DNA of 63,336 nucleotides, counting the filler, from Malacoraja senta (Eukaryota), in NCBI GenBank assembly GCA_038087875.1. It is 3 parts of 3 records of this genome, joined end to end, with 100 filler letters (N's around TTAATTAATTAA, not from the genome) between each part and the next. Parts side by side here need not be neighbours in the genome. Positions count along the whole stretch, not along the records: positions 1 to 29,153 come from JAXLNO010005003.1; 2 more parts are not named here. One strand, written 5' to 3'. This document shows positions 10,584-24,520 of the stretch, piece after piece. Below the pieces are notes generated by a model. The model worked only from the letters and a program-made list of their open reading frames with translations. It did no database searches and was not told the origin of the DNA. The stretch's first letter is position 1, and each line of letters begins with the position of its first letter. The translations under genes were made by a program, and so were the position numbers.

Positions 10584-11970
10584 CATATATCTTGCCTTTA
10601 CTTCGCAACATGAAGCCACTATAAAACAGGGTGCAATCCATTGTGTTTACTTGGATTTCATGCCAATCTATTTCCAAAAATCTTATACTCAATGGTCTAT
10701 TCATCAAGCACATTCTACAGGCAACTATTATTAGGTGAAATCTCAAGAGCAGAACTTGTACCAAATGAGCCACATAAAATGAACTTGATCTCTGTACCAC
10801 TAGTCACCGTGGATAATTTTATATTCTTATGGATGATAAATTCATTGCATTAGATATGAAATGTACAAAGTAAAAACAATCAAGACTTTTGACATCATCA
10901 AATAACCAAGCGTATGTAACAACGTTTATTGGTGCTGTGTCTCAGACTAAATGCAGTGTTAAAATAACATATATTCTATCCAATAATGACTGTAGCTAAT
11001 GGAATCTGCAACTAAAAACAGAAGACTGAAAGCATTCAATGGCTCAAGCAAAATTATTGGGACAAATGGTTGATGTCACAAATAGGGTCAAGAACCTGCA
11101 CCAGACCTGTTAGGGAAGAGGATGGATTGCCAATATATAGCAATCAGGGAGGAATAGGACAGAGGCTGGTAGATCAAATGTAGAACCAGGTGGGGAGAGG
11201 ATAATGGGTAGAAGGAAACAGGTAGGAGAGGAGGAGGAAGAGGTGAACAACAGGAGAATAATCTGTTCAAATGAGACAGAGGTTCACTTGCACCTCTTTC
11301 AACTTTCTATACTGCATTCATTGCTTACACTGTGGAGAAACTAGCTTAGATGTCAACCATTTTGTACAGCACATCCCTTTCAAGTAAAGATCATCCTGAG
11401 ATCTGTTGTATGGTATTTTAATACCCCTTCCCACTCACACACTGACCCATCTGTCGTTAACCTTGGGCACAGAAAGTTTTAAGTAAAATATCTGATAATC
11501 CCCCTGGGTAACTTACAAGCCGATGGTATGAATATAAAGTTTTCACATTTCAGCTTATCCATACCACTGGTGTTCATTTGTTCTCCCACAACCACCCATA
11601 CACCAACTTTGCTCCATCTGCCCATGATCCCCTCCCCAGCTGATTCCACCTGCCACTTACCAGCCTCTGCCCCATTCCTCCTTCAAACTGTTAGAATCTC
11701 CCCATCCTCTCCTTCAATTCTAATGCAGTGCCTTGCCTTGAAATGTTGGTATATGTCATTTGCCTCCACAGATGCTGTTTGACCAAGTACTTCCACTGGC
11801 CTTTCTTTAGTCTAAAATTCTTGTTGGAAATAACCACAAAGTCTTACTCTATCTATAATTGAAACCATTTAATTGGTGCTTGGAGAGCTTTCTAAAATCA
11901 TGAGGGCGATTGATCAGGATTTATTTTACCAAGGGTAGGGTAATCAAGAACCAGCAAAAACAGGTTTAAG

Positions 11971-12600
11971 CAGTGTTCAATGCTAATTTTTTAGGTGTCG
12001 GAGCTGTCAAACAGGGGCATTTCAGATTTTGCTAGGGGGGGGGGGGCAAGCTAGTCTCCCTAGAGGGTCAAACATGATTATAGCCTATTACTACATCCCA
12101 GTGTATAGCTAGTACATTAAAACATATAATACTTAATTTAATTATGACAAAATATTGCACGGTTGCACTCACTGATTATCATGAAATATAATTATGAAGC
12201 AAGTAAAGAAAAATACGGTTATCATGTATTTTTACAGAGGTGCCGGCAAGACACCGACTCGCCCTGGCTATCCTGCAGCTCTGGGCCTTCACACACACAC
12301 TCTCACCCTCACACCCATTCACCTACACACCCACCCACTCACCCACCCACCAGAGTTCCAGGCTCAGCTCCAGGCCCACAACCACAAACGATGCACACAT
12401 CACATGGTCTGTCTCTGCTGCATCATAGTGTTCCCCCCTCCTACAGGGAACCTCAGTAGTGATGGGTCTTCCCCTTACCCCTCTTTTAATCAGGTTACCC
12501 CGACCACACATCCGCTAGTTAAAATTCCACGCTGTTTATTTTTTCTTTACAGAGGTGCCGGATCGGTGCTCAGGTGAGCTCCGGCAGCACTGCACCCCTG
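11971..12600. mobile_element. Non-autonomous hAT-type MITE (630 bp) inserted in a CR1 fragment
   Basis: CAG...CTG imperfect termini with an exact 8-bp TSD GGTTTAAG (11963-11970, 12601-12608). The CR1 sequence resumes after 12600. Confidence 0.8.
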
Positions 12601-13440
12601 GGTTTAAGGTGAGGAGGAAGATTTAGTAGGAACCTGAGAGGCAACCTTTTCTACTAAGAGGTTACTGGGTGTATGGAATGAGCTGCCAGCGAAGGTAGAA
12701 TAACAACATTGAAAAGACACTTGGACAGGTACATGGATAGAACATGTTGAGAGGAATATGGGCCAAACGCTGGCAAATGTGACTAACCTAGATGTAGCAT
12801 CTTGTTCAGCTTGGAGCATTAGGCTGAAGTACCTACTTCCATGCTATATGGCTCCATGACTCTTTGTTAGATGAACATAAACATGGCAAATGGAGTTTCA
12901 TAATGGAAAATATGTGCTCACACACTCTGGTAAGAGCAATTAAAAGAAGCTATTATCTAAATGGAGTGAGATTGCAAATGAGTGGAGTACAAGAGATTCA
13001 AGTGCTTAAAGTGCAAACAAAAAGCCAGCAGGCAGATGCAGCACACAACGCAGAATGTGATTAGCATTCAAAGTAGGTTACTATTGTTATTATGGTACAT
13101 GATGTTGCTAAGGACATATCAGGACCACTGTGCACAGCTTGGTCCTCAAATTTAAGAAAGGATATATTAATATTGGATATCCTAGAAGAGATTTCTGGAA
13201 TAAGCAAGTGTTGCCTAACCATGAATGGCTGAAATCACTGGTTCTGTGTCCCTTGGAGATGACAAGAAACAGAGTTAACCTTATGAATGTATTAAAGAGG
13301 CATGATGTGGTGGTGAATTGATGGATAATGCGTGGATATATTCTAAAAGAACAGGGAATTGTGTCTTATGTGGAATAAGCACAGTAAAGGAGTTGAGGCC
13401 TCAGTCATATCAGTTGTTATCAACATAAATTGCTAGAGAG
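12601..13440 (+). mobile_element. Degenerate CR1 fragments
   Basis: GGTTTAAGGTGAGG...TGGAATGAGCTGCCAG CR1 3' motifs and decayed ORF2 pieces. Confidence 0.6.
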
Positions 13441-13749
13441 CTCTAATTTGTACAAATGTAGGGCAGTCTATTGAGAATTTCTGTCATGTTTGATAAACTT
13501 AATTTAACTCTTTCCATTTATTCCAGTTCCTGCATTTTAATCACATCCATGAAATCTTCTACTCAGCGATTGGTTAGCAATGCACGTTCTGCTTTGGTTG
13601 AATATTTTGATAATCTGAGGAGGGAAATTAAATATTAGACAACAAAGAAATGGCATAGCAGAGAACAGAACTCAGAAAGATGCAACTAGTTTATTCGCTT
13701 TAACTGTTGATTCATCCCACATGACATCTTCCTTCCAGATATAAAGGCA

Positions 13750-13960
13750 CAGTGCCAGACACCTGGGTTTGATCCTGACCACGGAATTTGTACCTTCTCC
13801 CTGTGACTGCATAGGTTTTCTCCAGGTGCTCCAGTTTCCTCCCACATTCCAAAGACAGATGTGCAGGTTTGTAGGTTAATTGACTTGTGTCCCTAGCTTA
13901 TGTGGGTGATCATTGGTTAGTGCGGACTCATGTTCAGCACAAACGTTGTTGGACAAAGGA
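13750..13960 (+). mobile_element. tRNA-derived V-SINE (HE1-like)
   Basis: GGGTTTGATCCTGAC...TTCTCCCTGTGACTGC..GGTTTTCTCCAGGTGCTCCAGTTTCCTCCCACA core, repeated many times in the window. Confidence 0.7.
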
Positions 13961-14529
13961 CCTGTTCCTCTATTATAGGGGCATTCCCATTCACCGTAAA
14001 ATTCAGCGAACTCAGCACCATTGGGTCACTGGAAATATTCCCTGCCTGACCATCAGATCCCTCCAGATCAGTCGGACAGACACCAGTTAGGCAGCATCTG
14101 CCTGCAAATGATTCATGTCCCTCAAACCCCTGCATCTCCATGCACCCACTAAGGTGCACCCCAGACGCCACCATCCCTGGCAGTGCTTTCCAGGCACACA
14201 CCACATAGTATGTAATAAAAACTTGCCCTTTTTAAAAAACTGCAGCTTCTACCCTGCACTGAATATAATGCAATAATTTAAATGCCATAGTAGGCATTTA
14301 GTTAATTGGGATAATTTTAGTCAATTGGGAGGTGTGATTGCAAATCTTGTACAATATCATAAACCAAGTAAAATGTGATAAAGTCAAAATGGCCAGGCAC
14401 AAAGAACAGAATAATCATGAACATCAATAACATGTCAATAACTAGACTCTCCTTGTGGCAGCATGCTGTAAGGTTGCAAAGTCGTTTGCTCCCTTAACTT
14501 TTAACTTCCACTGACCACTCTTTCATTCA

Positions 14530-15090
14530 ATCAATCATTCAATCAACCTTTATTGTCATCTTGGAAGCAACAGTTCTACAGTGCAAAATGAAAAGACGTT
14601 TCCCAGGGAATACCGGAGCATCGCACATGAAATTTAAAACATTTCACACGTAATAACACTAAAAACAATCCAGTCCCTGATGGAACAGTATAAATAGTTA
14701 AAAAGTAGGTAAAACAACAACGTTAAAATACAGTAAAACCAATCATAAACATGTCCGGGGCAGCTGATTTGAGTGGCCAGTGCCAGTTATTGAAGTGGCC
14801 AGTGCCAGTTATTAAAGTGTCCGTGCCAAGCCGCAGAATCAGGTGACTGTGAGTACAGAGTGGCTGTTTAGCAGCCTCACAGCATATGGCAGGAAGCTGT
14901 TTAGCAGTCTTGTGGTCCGGGCTTTGATGCTGCGATATCTCTTGCCTGATGGCAGGAGATCCAGGTGTATGTGGAGGGGGTGCAGTTTGTCCTTAGCAAT
15001 TCTCTGAGCTTTTTTCAGACAGCGGCTCTGGAACAGTTCTTGTACCCAGGGTAGGGAGACGCCAATGATCCTCTCTGCTCCCCTCACTAC
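14530..15090 (-). mobile_element. Rex1/Babar-type LINE 3' fragment
   Basis: RCLKKAQRIAKDKLHPLH...LLPSGKRYRSIKARTTRLLNSFLPYAVRLLN, with a (TTGA)n-like tail near 14525. Confidence 0.75.
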
Positions 15091-15099
15091 CCTTTCAAT

Positions 15100-18000
15100 G
15101 TTACTGGTGACTATTTGACTTCAAGACACCGTCTAACTGTTCATAAAGTGTTGATAACACTTTTACACGCCTTAATCGTGAAAAGGATGGAGACAAGAAG
15201 GAAAGGAGGATCCCCAAAGAAGGAACTGGGGAAAGCCACAACCACAGCTGCAGCTTCTGATTCCAGCATCATAGAAGCAATATCGAGAAATGAATGATGA
15301 ATTGAACAATGAGCTGAAAAATGAAATGAAAACAAGATTTGGCAGTTTGGAAGAAATGGTGAAAGGAGTTTTGACCAAATTGAAGGAAGTCCAAGGAAAA
15401 CTGTCTTTGTTACAAGATGAACTTCGTGAACAAACGGATCAAATTGATATCTTGCGCACCCTGGGACAGGAGAGAGATTTGAAGATTGAAAAATTGGAAC
15501 GGAGAATGAATGAAAACACTTCAGCAATACAAGTCTAAAAATATGGACTTAGAAAACAGAAGCCGTGGTTTGAATTGACGAATTGTTGGTTTGCCGGAAG
15601 GCCAAGAAGGAGATAACGTTATAAAATATGCTTCTAAAATGATAAAGGAAACATTCAACATTGAGCACAATGAGAACCTTCCGTTCCTGGATAAGGCACA
15701 CAGGATTGGGAAGAAATCCGGTAATAAACCGAGACACTTGAGCATTCGGTTTCATTTTTTTCAAATGAAGGAGAATATTCTCCAGGCAGCAAAAAAGTTT
15801 GGTGTGGTTGAATATGAAGGATGAGAGTTTCGGTTTGTCCCTGATTATAGTTACGAGCTTTTGGAAATAAGAAAGACTTTTTATAATGTAATGTCTGATT
15901 TATATAAGAAAAACTGCGCCCAGCTTTATTATCACCAGCTAGATTGCGTATTCGGCTTTTCAATGGTAACTTTCGATTTTTTAACAGTCCTCAAGACGCC
16001 TCCAGCTTTCTGAAGAGCTACGACGAGGAAGGGAAGTAATTGATAGCTGATTAAGTTATAATTGGAGATTTACTGTTCCTATTTTGACAACATTTCATTT
16101 GGTAATGAGTAAGAATTTAACTGGACGAGTTGTTTTTCTTTTATATATATTCTTTTAAGAATTTCTTTGTTAATTCGTGTTCCCCTGTCATTAAACAAAC
16201 TAAGAGAACGCAGTTCTTGTTTTTCATATCTTGACCTTGGATAAAAATAAGCAGCATTCCATGCCAGTCTGTATTATTTTTTTCTCTCTCAAAGAGATAA
16301 TAACGAATGTGTTATGACGTAGTGGCTAAATATTATTCTGTTTATGCTGAGCGCTGTTACTGGGAGAGATGGGATTGGGGAGGGGATTAGGTAGTTTGCT
16401 GACTGTCTTTTGGTCAGTTTGGGGTTCTACAGGGGTGGGAGGGGGGAGGGGTCTTTTGTTCCCTATTTAGTGATCTCCATTTGTGCAAATTCTGAACTAC
16501 AACATTGGCTGAAATGTCGTCACTTCTGGCTCCGCCCTAGATTTTTCTTCTTCCAGTATTATGAACTTTTAGGCTTCAAGAAATTAACCCATTACATCCC
16601 ACATGATTTTTACAAGCAATATGGATAAAGTTACTAATTTCCTTTCATGGAATGTGAATGGCTTGAACCATCCCATTAAGAGGATTTTTTTTTAAAGTTC
16701 TTCACAGACTAAATGCTCAGATTATCTTTGTTCAGGAAACTCATGTAGGGCAAGATGACAAGTCATGATTTTTCAAGTTTTGGAGAGGACAGCAGTTTCA
16801 TTCAAATTCAGAGGCTAAGGTGAAAGGAGTCTCTATTATTATTGACTCCTCAATTCCGTTTGTTCACCATGAAACAATTTCTGATCCATATGGCAGATTC
16901 TTGGTGATTACCGGTGTCCTTTATAGGCAAAAAGTCGCTATGGTGAATGTCTATGCACCAAATATTGATCACCCTGAGTTTTTTAAACAGTTAATTGCAT
17001 CCTTTCCTAATTTAAATGAACACTTTTTAATAATGGGTGGAGACTTCAATTGCTGTTTGAATCCCTCGATTGATAGGTCTACATCTGATCATGTGCTTCC
17101 AAATATATCAGCTAATTTTTTTAATTTTTTTTACTTGACTCGGGAATGTTAGAAATTTGGAGATTCTTACATGCAAATGACAAAGAATTTTCATTTTTCA
17201 CTCATGTATTTCATAGTTATTCTAGGATCGACTATTTTATACTAGATTCTCGGCTAGTTCCATCGGTCATTGCATGTGAGTATGATGCAATTGCTATTTC
17301 TGATCATGCACCAGTGAAACTATTGATCAAACTACCTGATTCCAAGTTTAGTGCTAAACAATGGCGATTTAATGCTACTTTGCTTCAAGACTTAAACTTT
17401 ATTAAGTTTATGAAAGATCAGATTGCTTTTTACTTCTTGACAAACTCTAATGAAGAGATATCCAATGGTATAGTTTGGGATGCTTTTAAGGCATATATTC
17501 GTGGACAAATTATTTCATACTCCGCGGAATTTAAAAAAAAAAACACAAAAAGAAATACGCACATTGGCTGACGAGATTAACGAAATTGATACAAAATATT
17601 CAAAAGCTCCTAGTTTAGAGCTCTATAAGAATAGAGTTGAACTTCAATTGATATATGATTTGTTATTAGTATCACCGATTGAGAACCAGTTACTTAAAAC
17701 CAAAAGTCAATTTTATATAAATGGCGAAAATCTGGTAAATTACTTGCTAATCAATTGAAAGCAGTGTCGGCCAAGCGTCAGATTACTAAAGTGAGTAAAC
17801 GGGATCGTACAGTAACTGTAGACCATGACGAAATTAATAAATCCTTTCAGGAATTTTATACCTCCCTATACCAATCAGATTTTCCTACTGATTCCAATAT
17901 AATGCATGAGTTTTTAAAGAAACTGAACTTACCAAATTTACCATATAATGAGTCTCTGTTGTTAGATGAACCCATCACGGAAGAAGAAATATAGAAAGCA

Positions 18001-20874
18001 ATTTTTTTTCAATGAATTCTGGAAAAGCTCCTGGTTTAGATGGGTTTACAGTAGAATTTTTAAAGTATTTCTCACATTTATTGTCTCCATGGCTATGCAA
18101 GGTATTTTAAAAAGCCATTTTAAGGAATAGATTACCACAGTCTTTTTATGAAGCTTCTATTTCTTTAATTTAAAAAAGACAAAGCCCCTACTGAAGTGGC
18201 ATCATATAGACCTATATCAATGCTCAATGTAGATTTTAAAATTATTTCCAAAATATTACCTATGAGATTGGAAACGATTTTACCGCAAATTATCTCTGAA
18301 GATCAGACAGGTTTTTATTAAAATTGTTACTCATTCTTTAATGTTAGGAGATTAATAAATATTGTATATACAGCGTCTAATAAAACCCCAGAATGTGTCA
18401 TCTCACTTGATGCCGAGAAGGCTATTGATAGAGTAGAATGGAATACTTATTCAATATACTTGAAAAATTTAAGATTGGTCCAAAATTTATCTCTTAGATC
18501 AAACTGATATATCTTATACCTCAGGCTTCTGTATTTACTAATAATCAGAGATCCCCTTGTTTCAGGCTCTTTCAAGGTACGAGACAGGGCTGTCCCTTAA
18601 GTCCTTTACTATTTGATATTGCTTTGGAAACTTTAGCCACTGCTATTAGGGAATCCCCTAATATTTTTGGTATTGTCCGCGGGAATAAGACACATAAGCT
18701 ATCTCTTTATGCAGATGATCTGTTATTATTTATTTCTAACCCTGAGAAATCTATTCCGGCAATAGTAGCATTACTTAATCAATTCAGTAGTTTTTCTGGT
18801 TATAAACTAAATCTTAGTAAGAGTGAGCTTTCCCATTAAATAATTTTGTTTCGAGTTATGGACAGTTTCCATTTAGATTGACTACCGAAAGTTTTACTTA
18901 TTTAGGTATTAAGATCACCAAGAAACACAAGGATTTATTTAAAGCTAATTTTATTCCTTTAATTGACCATATTAAACATCAGTTCACTAAATGGTCACCC
19001 ATGTCCTTATTCTTAATTGGCTGAATCCATGCTATTAAAATGTTCATTTTACCTAAATTTCTGTATTTATTTCAGACGACACCAATTTTTATTGCCAAAT
19101 CTTTCTTTGATATTATAGACACTAAAATGTCTTCATATATATGGCAGAATAAAAATCCCAGACTAGGTAAAAAATACCTACAGATATCAAAAAAAGTTGG
19201 TGGTTTGGCATTGTCGAACCTTAGACTCTACTATTGGGCAGTCAATGTTCGTTATTTAACATTTTGGACAAAAGATTTAGAAGATACCCAATGCCCTGGA
19301 TGGATCAACTTAGAACGTGATTCCTTACAACGGCTATAATTGGCTTCTATTCTAGGGACCTCGTTACCTTTTACAATTACGAGATTTAATAAATATACGA
19401 CAAACCCAATAATAAGACATACGTTCCGAATACGGTTTCAATTTCGTAAGTTTTTTGGACTAAATGATTTTATCTTATAGAGTCCTATTTTATCCAAATT
19501 TCTCTTCCAACCATCTAGTACTGATCAAGTTTTTTTGTTATGGAAGAGGAAGGGATTAGTAGCTTTTCGTGATTTGTATTTGGAGGGTTGTTTTATGTCT
19601 TTCGAACAACTCTCCAATAAATATAACTTACCTAATTCACACTTTTTTTAGATATTTACAAATTAGACAAAAGGAACTACCCCTTTTTCCACTACCACAT
19701 CAACCCGAAATTTTGGATTTATTTTTACAGTTGAACCCTTATCAGAAAAGATTAATAACGACTATTTATGAGTTGATTTTAAAACTACAAATAGATACAT
19801 TTGATAAAATTAAGAATGACTGGGAAAGAGAACTCCAAATTTCTTTATCTATAGAGAAATGGGAGAGGATTCTTCAATTAGTTAATACCTCTTCAATGTG
19901 TGCAAGACACACTTTGATACAATTCAAGGTGGTTCACAGAGCTCATATGTCAAAAGATAAGTTAGCTCGTTTTTATGGTTATATAAATCCTACCTGTGAC
20001 AGATGTAACTCTGAAGTGGCATCACTGACCCATATGTTTTGGCCCTGCCCTCTTTTGGAAAAATATTGGAAATAAATTTTTGATACTATTTCGGTAGTCT
20101 TAGGTATAGATTTACAACCTCATCCTATTACTGCAATTTTGGGGTAACCAATGTTAGATTCTATTCATTTGTCCCACTCCGCCCATCGGTTGATTGCTTT
20201 TACCACATTAATTGCCAGAAGATTTATTTTCATTAAATGGAAAGATTCCAACTCTCCGACCACACTCCAGTGGTATTCTGAAACAATATCATGTTTAAAT
20301 TTAGAAAAAATCAGAAGTGACATTGTTGAACCCTTGGTTAAATTTGATAAGACTTGGGGAAAATTTATTGAACACTTTCATACAACATAAATTGATCCCT
20401 CTTTAACCGTTATAAAAATTATTTTACCTTCATAGGGTGGAACGGACTTGACGACAAACAGACTTAAATTGTTGAATTTGTCAGTTCAGATTCGGGTTTG
20501 CTCTGTTTTGTTTTATTTATTTATTTTATTTTTATTCTTATTTTATTATTATCCAATTTTTAAAAAAAAATTTTAGTTTAGGGGGGTTTTGTTTTTTGTT
20601 TTTCTTTTTGTCTTTTTATCTTTGCTTTTTTTACATTTATATTTCCTTTTAAAGATTTAACTATATTTACATAGAGACCGAGAGGTCTATATTCATTGTG
20701 TATTTTGACACTGGTCTTATATTAGGTTATACCTGTTATTAATGTGTTTAACCCTGATCCCTATGTATCAATACCATTGTTATGTTTATCATTATTCTTT
20801 TTGCTCTTTTTTTTATGTTTTATTTTTGTTTTTGTTTTTTGGAAAAAAAACAATAAAAAGATTTTAAAAGAAAG
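15100..20874 (+). mobile_element. Near full-length degenerate L1 (ORF1 ~15187-16040, ORF2 ~16619-20390), many frameshifts
   Basis: ORF1 coiled-coil/RRM pieces (DLENRSR, PFLDKAHRIG, FRFVPDY). ORF2 starts MDKVTNFLSWNVNGLN, with GGDFN, SRIDY, SDHAP, GTRQGCPLSP, YADD and CDRC...LTHMFWPC motifs. T-rich 3' UTR and A tail. Confidence 0.93.
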
Positions 20875-21420
20875 GTACTGAATAAAAAAGTTGTGATGTT
20901 CTGCTACAGTTGTACAAGATGTTGGTGAGGCCACATTTGGAGTATTGTGTTAAGTTTTGGTCACTCCACTATCGGAAGGATGTCATTAACAGGGCCTGTG
21001 ATTCAGGGAGAGGATGAGAATGCTTGGACTTTAGTCCTTGGCACGCAAGAGGCTGAGGGGTGATCTTATAGAAGTTTATAAAATCAAGGAGCATAGATAG
21101 ATTGAATGCACAGAATCTTTTAACCAGCCTTATGTAATCAAGAACCAGAGGACTTAGGTTTAAGGTGAGAAGGAAACGAGTTACTCGGAACCAGAGGAAG
21201 TGGAAATATGGAAGAACATTCCAGGGGAAGGTGTTGAGGCAGGTATTAAAAATCATTTAGAACACATCTGGACAGGTACATACTGTAGATAGGAAAGGTT
21301 CAGTGAGATATGGGTCAATTGCAGGAAAATTGTAGTTTAAACATGGCATCTTGGTTGGCATGGCCAAGTTGAGGCAAAGGGCCCATTTCCATGCCGTATG
21401 ACTCTATGGCTCCATGGGCT
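20875..21420 (+). mobile_element. CR1 fragment (mirrored at ~48840-49375)
   Basis: LVRPHLEYCVKFWSP..RKD and GDLIEVYKI-like decayed CR1 motifs. Confidence 0.7.
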
Positions 21421-22159
21421 TGAAAAGCCAATTCTTTTCCGTTTCACTGCTAAATGATAGTTAATCACCCTCACTAATAGTGACCACAATGGCAGACCCA
21501 TGACCATGACTGGTTTACAGTGATAATAAGCTAACCATTGCCTCAGTTCAAATATGCATGTCGTTGATGTTCAATGACTAAATTGTTGCTGCATTCTTAG
21601 TTTTGGCAAGGTGAGAAATGGCTTGGTTCTGATCTAGGTGCTGGAGCTGTTAGACATCTTGATACCATGAAAGCAGAACCTCCGTTTCAGGAAATATACT
21701 TGCTGAATGGTGTCTCAGACCAGCAATGCCAGGGAACATTGTATTTTGAAGAGGAAATATTACACAACCAAGGCCAAGTGCTCGAGAAAGCAGCACGTCT
21801 GTTATTTCAATGAAAACTCTGCTCTTCATCCATCTTGACATTTTGATCACCCAGTTTAGTTTATAATATTGTATAACATTTGCAATCAATTCTCAGTTTA
21901 TGACATTTACAGCTGGCGTGAAGATGCATCAGTCAATACCTTCTGTCTTCCAATATAGTTTATTTAATAGAAAGATAGGAACATAAAAAAATAGGTGCAG
22001 GAATAGGCTATTCGGCCCTTTGAGCCAGCACCGCCATTCAATACAATCATGGCTGATCATCTAAAATTAGTACTTTTAGATGATAATCTGGCTTTTCCCC
22101 CATATCCCTTGATTCGTTTAGCCCTAAGAGCTAAATCTAACTCTCTCTTGAAAACAGTG

Positions 22160-24030
22160 ATACAGTGTGTAAACAGGCCATTTGTGCCGCTAAATCCATA
22201 CTAACCAGCAATCACCCATTCATAATAGATTTCCCATCCACCCCCTACACTGTCAGGGTGACTTACCGAGGATGATTACCTGCACACCTGCTCATCTTTG
22301 GGATATGGGAGGAAACCGGAGCTCCCTGAGGAAGCCCACATAGTCACAAGGAGAACGTGCAAACTCCACGTAGGCAGTGCCCGAGGTCCAGATTGAACCT
22401 GGGTCTCAGGCGTTGTGAGGCAGCAGTTCTACCAGCTGCACTACCATGCTGCATTACATACAAACTCTAAATCCTACACTGACTTTCCCTTCCACTTGTT
22501 ATATTCAACACAATAACTCCTTTACACAGGAGGAAGGTGAACTGCAATTCATCATCAGAATATATCTTACAACAGTGTGATCACAGGCAAGAAATCAGTG
22601 ATACAGATGACTGAATTTACACTAAAACCCTGATCATCCAGCTCTCTTGGGATTTAGGAAATTGTAGATTTTAAGGACTGCTGCATGTTACTCCAAACAT
22701 ACTTTAATTCAACTCATTGGTGCACTTGTTGAGCAAGTCAGTGGTCGAGGTGCATCTGTGCACTACTATCAGACTTAAGCGGAGGAATACCCATTGTAAT
22801 TTGCCTGAAGAGTCTCGAACCAGAATGTCACCTATATGTTGCCTGACCTGCTGAGTTACTCTAGCACCATCCCTCACAGTCTTTTCCAATCTTATAATTC
22901 AAAAATAGTCAGCATCTACATCATAAAGAGTCATGGAAATATATAAACATGGCCTTTGTCCCACTGACCTGCACCAACCATTCATGTACACTAATCCTAC
23001 ATTTGTCCTACATTCTCATCAGCTCTCCCCACATTGTATCATGCACAATCCAGGGGACAACTAACCTCCAAACCATGTTTTGGGGATGTGGGAGGAAACC
23101 AGAGCACCTGGGGAAACGCACATGGTCACAGGAACAACATGCAAACTCCACAGATGTCGGTATTTAATTAAGGTCTCTGACTCAGTGCTGCCCTGTTTCA
23201 CATTGTAGTCCACCTGTCATGTTGTTGCTCATTCATTCGACTTTCCACTTTGAACCATTTCTCCCACTACTCACATTCCCACTTAATTTTGAGTCATAGA
23301 AACATAGAGTCTTCCAGCAACAGTGGCCACGGAGGCGGCTACTGTGTGCAGCAGTAGAGTTGCTGCCTTACAGCGCTTGCAGCACCGGAGACCCGGGTTC
23401 GATCCTGACTACTGATGCTGTCTGTACAGAGTTTGTACGTTATCCCCATGACCGCGTGTGTTTTCTCCGAGATCTAAGGTTTCCTCCCACACTCCAAAGA
23501 CGTACAGGTATGTAGGTTAATTGGCTTGATGTGCGTGTATAGGATAGTGTTAATGTGCGGGGATCGCTGGTCAGCGCAGACTCGGTGGGCCTAAGGACCT
23601 GTTTCGTCACTATCTCTAAATTAAACTAAAACAAAACTAGTAAACGTTAAACTGCAACCAATCTGCCTCATAGCTGACTTGGATCATGAACAGTGCGAGC
23701 CCCCAACAGAGCAGCACAGTGTCACAACTTGTAGAGCTGCTGCCTCACAGCGACACAGACCCGGGTTCAATTTTGACCTCGAGTGCCATCTATGTGGAGT
23801 TTGCACGTTCTCCGTGTAACCGCATTGGATCCCTCCAGGGGCTCCGGTTTCCTCACACATCCTAAGATGTGTCAGTTTATAGTTTAATTGGCCACTGTAA
23901 ATTGCCCCTAGTGGGTGGGTGACTGGATGAGAAGGTGCAATGAGATAGAATTCATGAGAATACGTGGTTGGTGGTTGGCATGGACTCGGTGGGCCAAAAG
24001 GACTGCTTCCATGCTGTACCTTTTAATGAC
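22160..24030. mobile_element. Cluster of four V-SINE copies (~22160-22450 -, 22960-23160 -, 23320-23640 +, 23715-24030 +), mirrored at ~46245-48110
   Basis: Repeated GTAGAGTTGCTGCCT..CAGCG....GACCCGGGTTCGATCCTGAC and GGTTTCCTCCCACA cores. Confidence 0.75.
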
Positions 24031-24275
24031 TCAATGATATCTCTAGGATTTGGTGCAGTGAATCCATAATGTTTAACTTTTTTTTTTACACTGAATTCAC
24101 AATTTTCAAATATCTGATCATCAGAAACATTTAACAACAGCACAAAGGCTAGTTGACAGTGGTGACTGTCGAGGCATTTCAGGTGTAGCTGCTGCCTTAT
24201 CCTACTTGAGATCGATCATTTCTTCAAGCCCAATACGTTTACTAGCAACAGTTCATCACAATTTTTCCATCTTAC

Positions 24276-24380
24276 CTCTCCTCTTTTTTCTCCACCAAAC
24301 AATTACTGCCAAGACAATAGCCAGCAATATCAGCACACACAAAATAAGGCCTATGTGCCTGTCTTTCTTCCCATTTCCTT
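24276..24380 (-). CDS. MHC class I-like gene, minus copy: connecting peptide/transmembrane exon (intact)
   Basis: Acceptor TTTTTCAG, donor GTAAG, phase 1-1, 105 nt. Translates (E)GNGKKDRHIGLILCVLILLAIVLAVIVWWRKKRR: a hydrophobic helix followed by a basic stop-transfer segment. Confidence 0.85.
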
Positions 24381-24520
24381 CTGAAAAATAAGAATACATA
24401 ATTTTACATATCATTTGTTAAGCTGTGCAGCTAAATAGATTGGCACTGTCTGAAGACTTCAGGGTGAAGAAGGGTCTCGACCCGAAATGCCTCCTATTTC
24501 TTTTCTCCAGAGATGTTACC

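Noticed and set aside
21650-21889. 79-aa ORF in unique sequence downstream of the class I-like gene
   Set aside because: No motif or splice support. Its conservation at ~48300-48620 is explained by the duplication. It may be 3' UTR or intergenic.
23320-23420. tRNA gene-like A/B boxes
   Set aside because: These are the tRNA-derived heads of V-SINEs and continue into the SINE core, so they are not tRNA genes.
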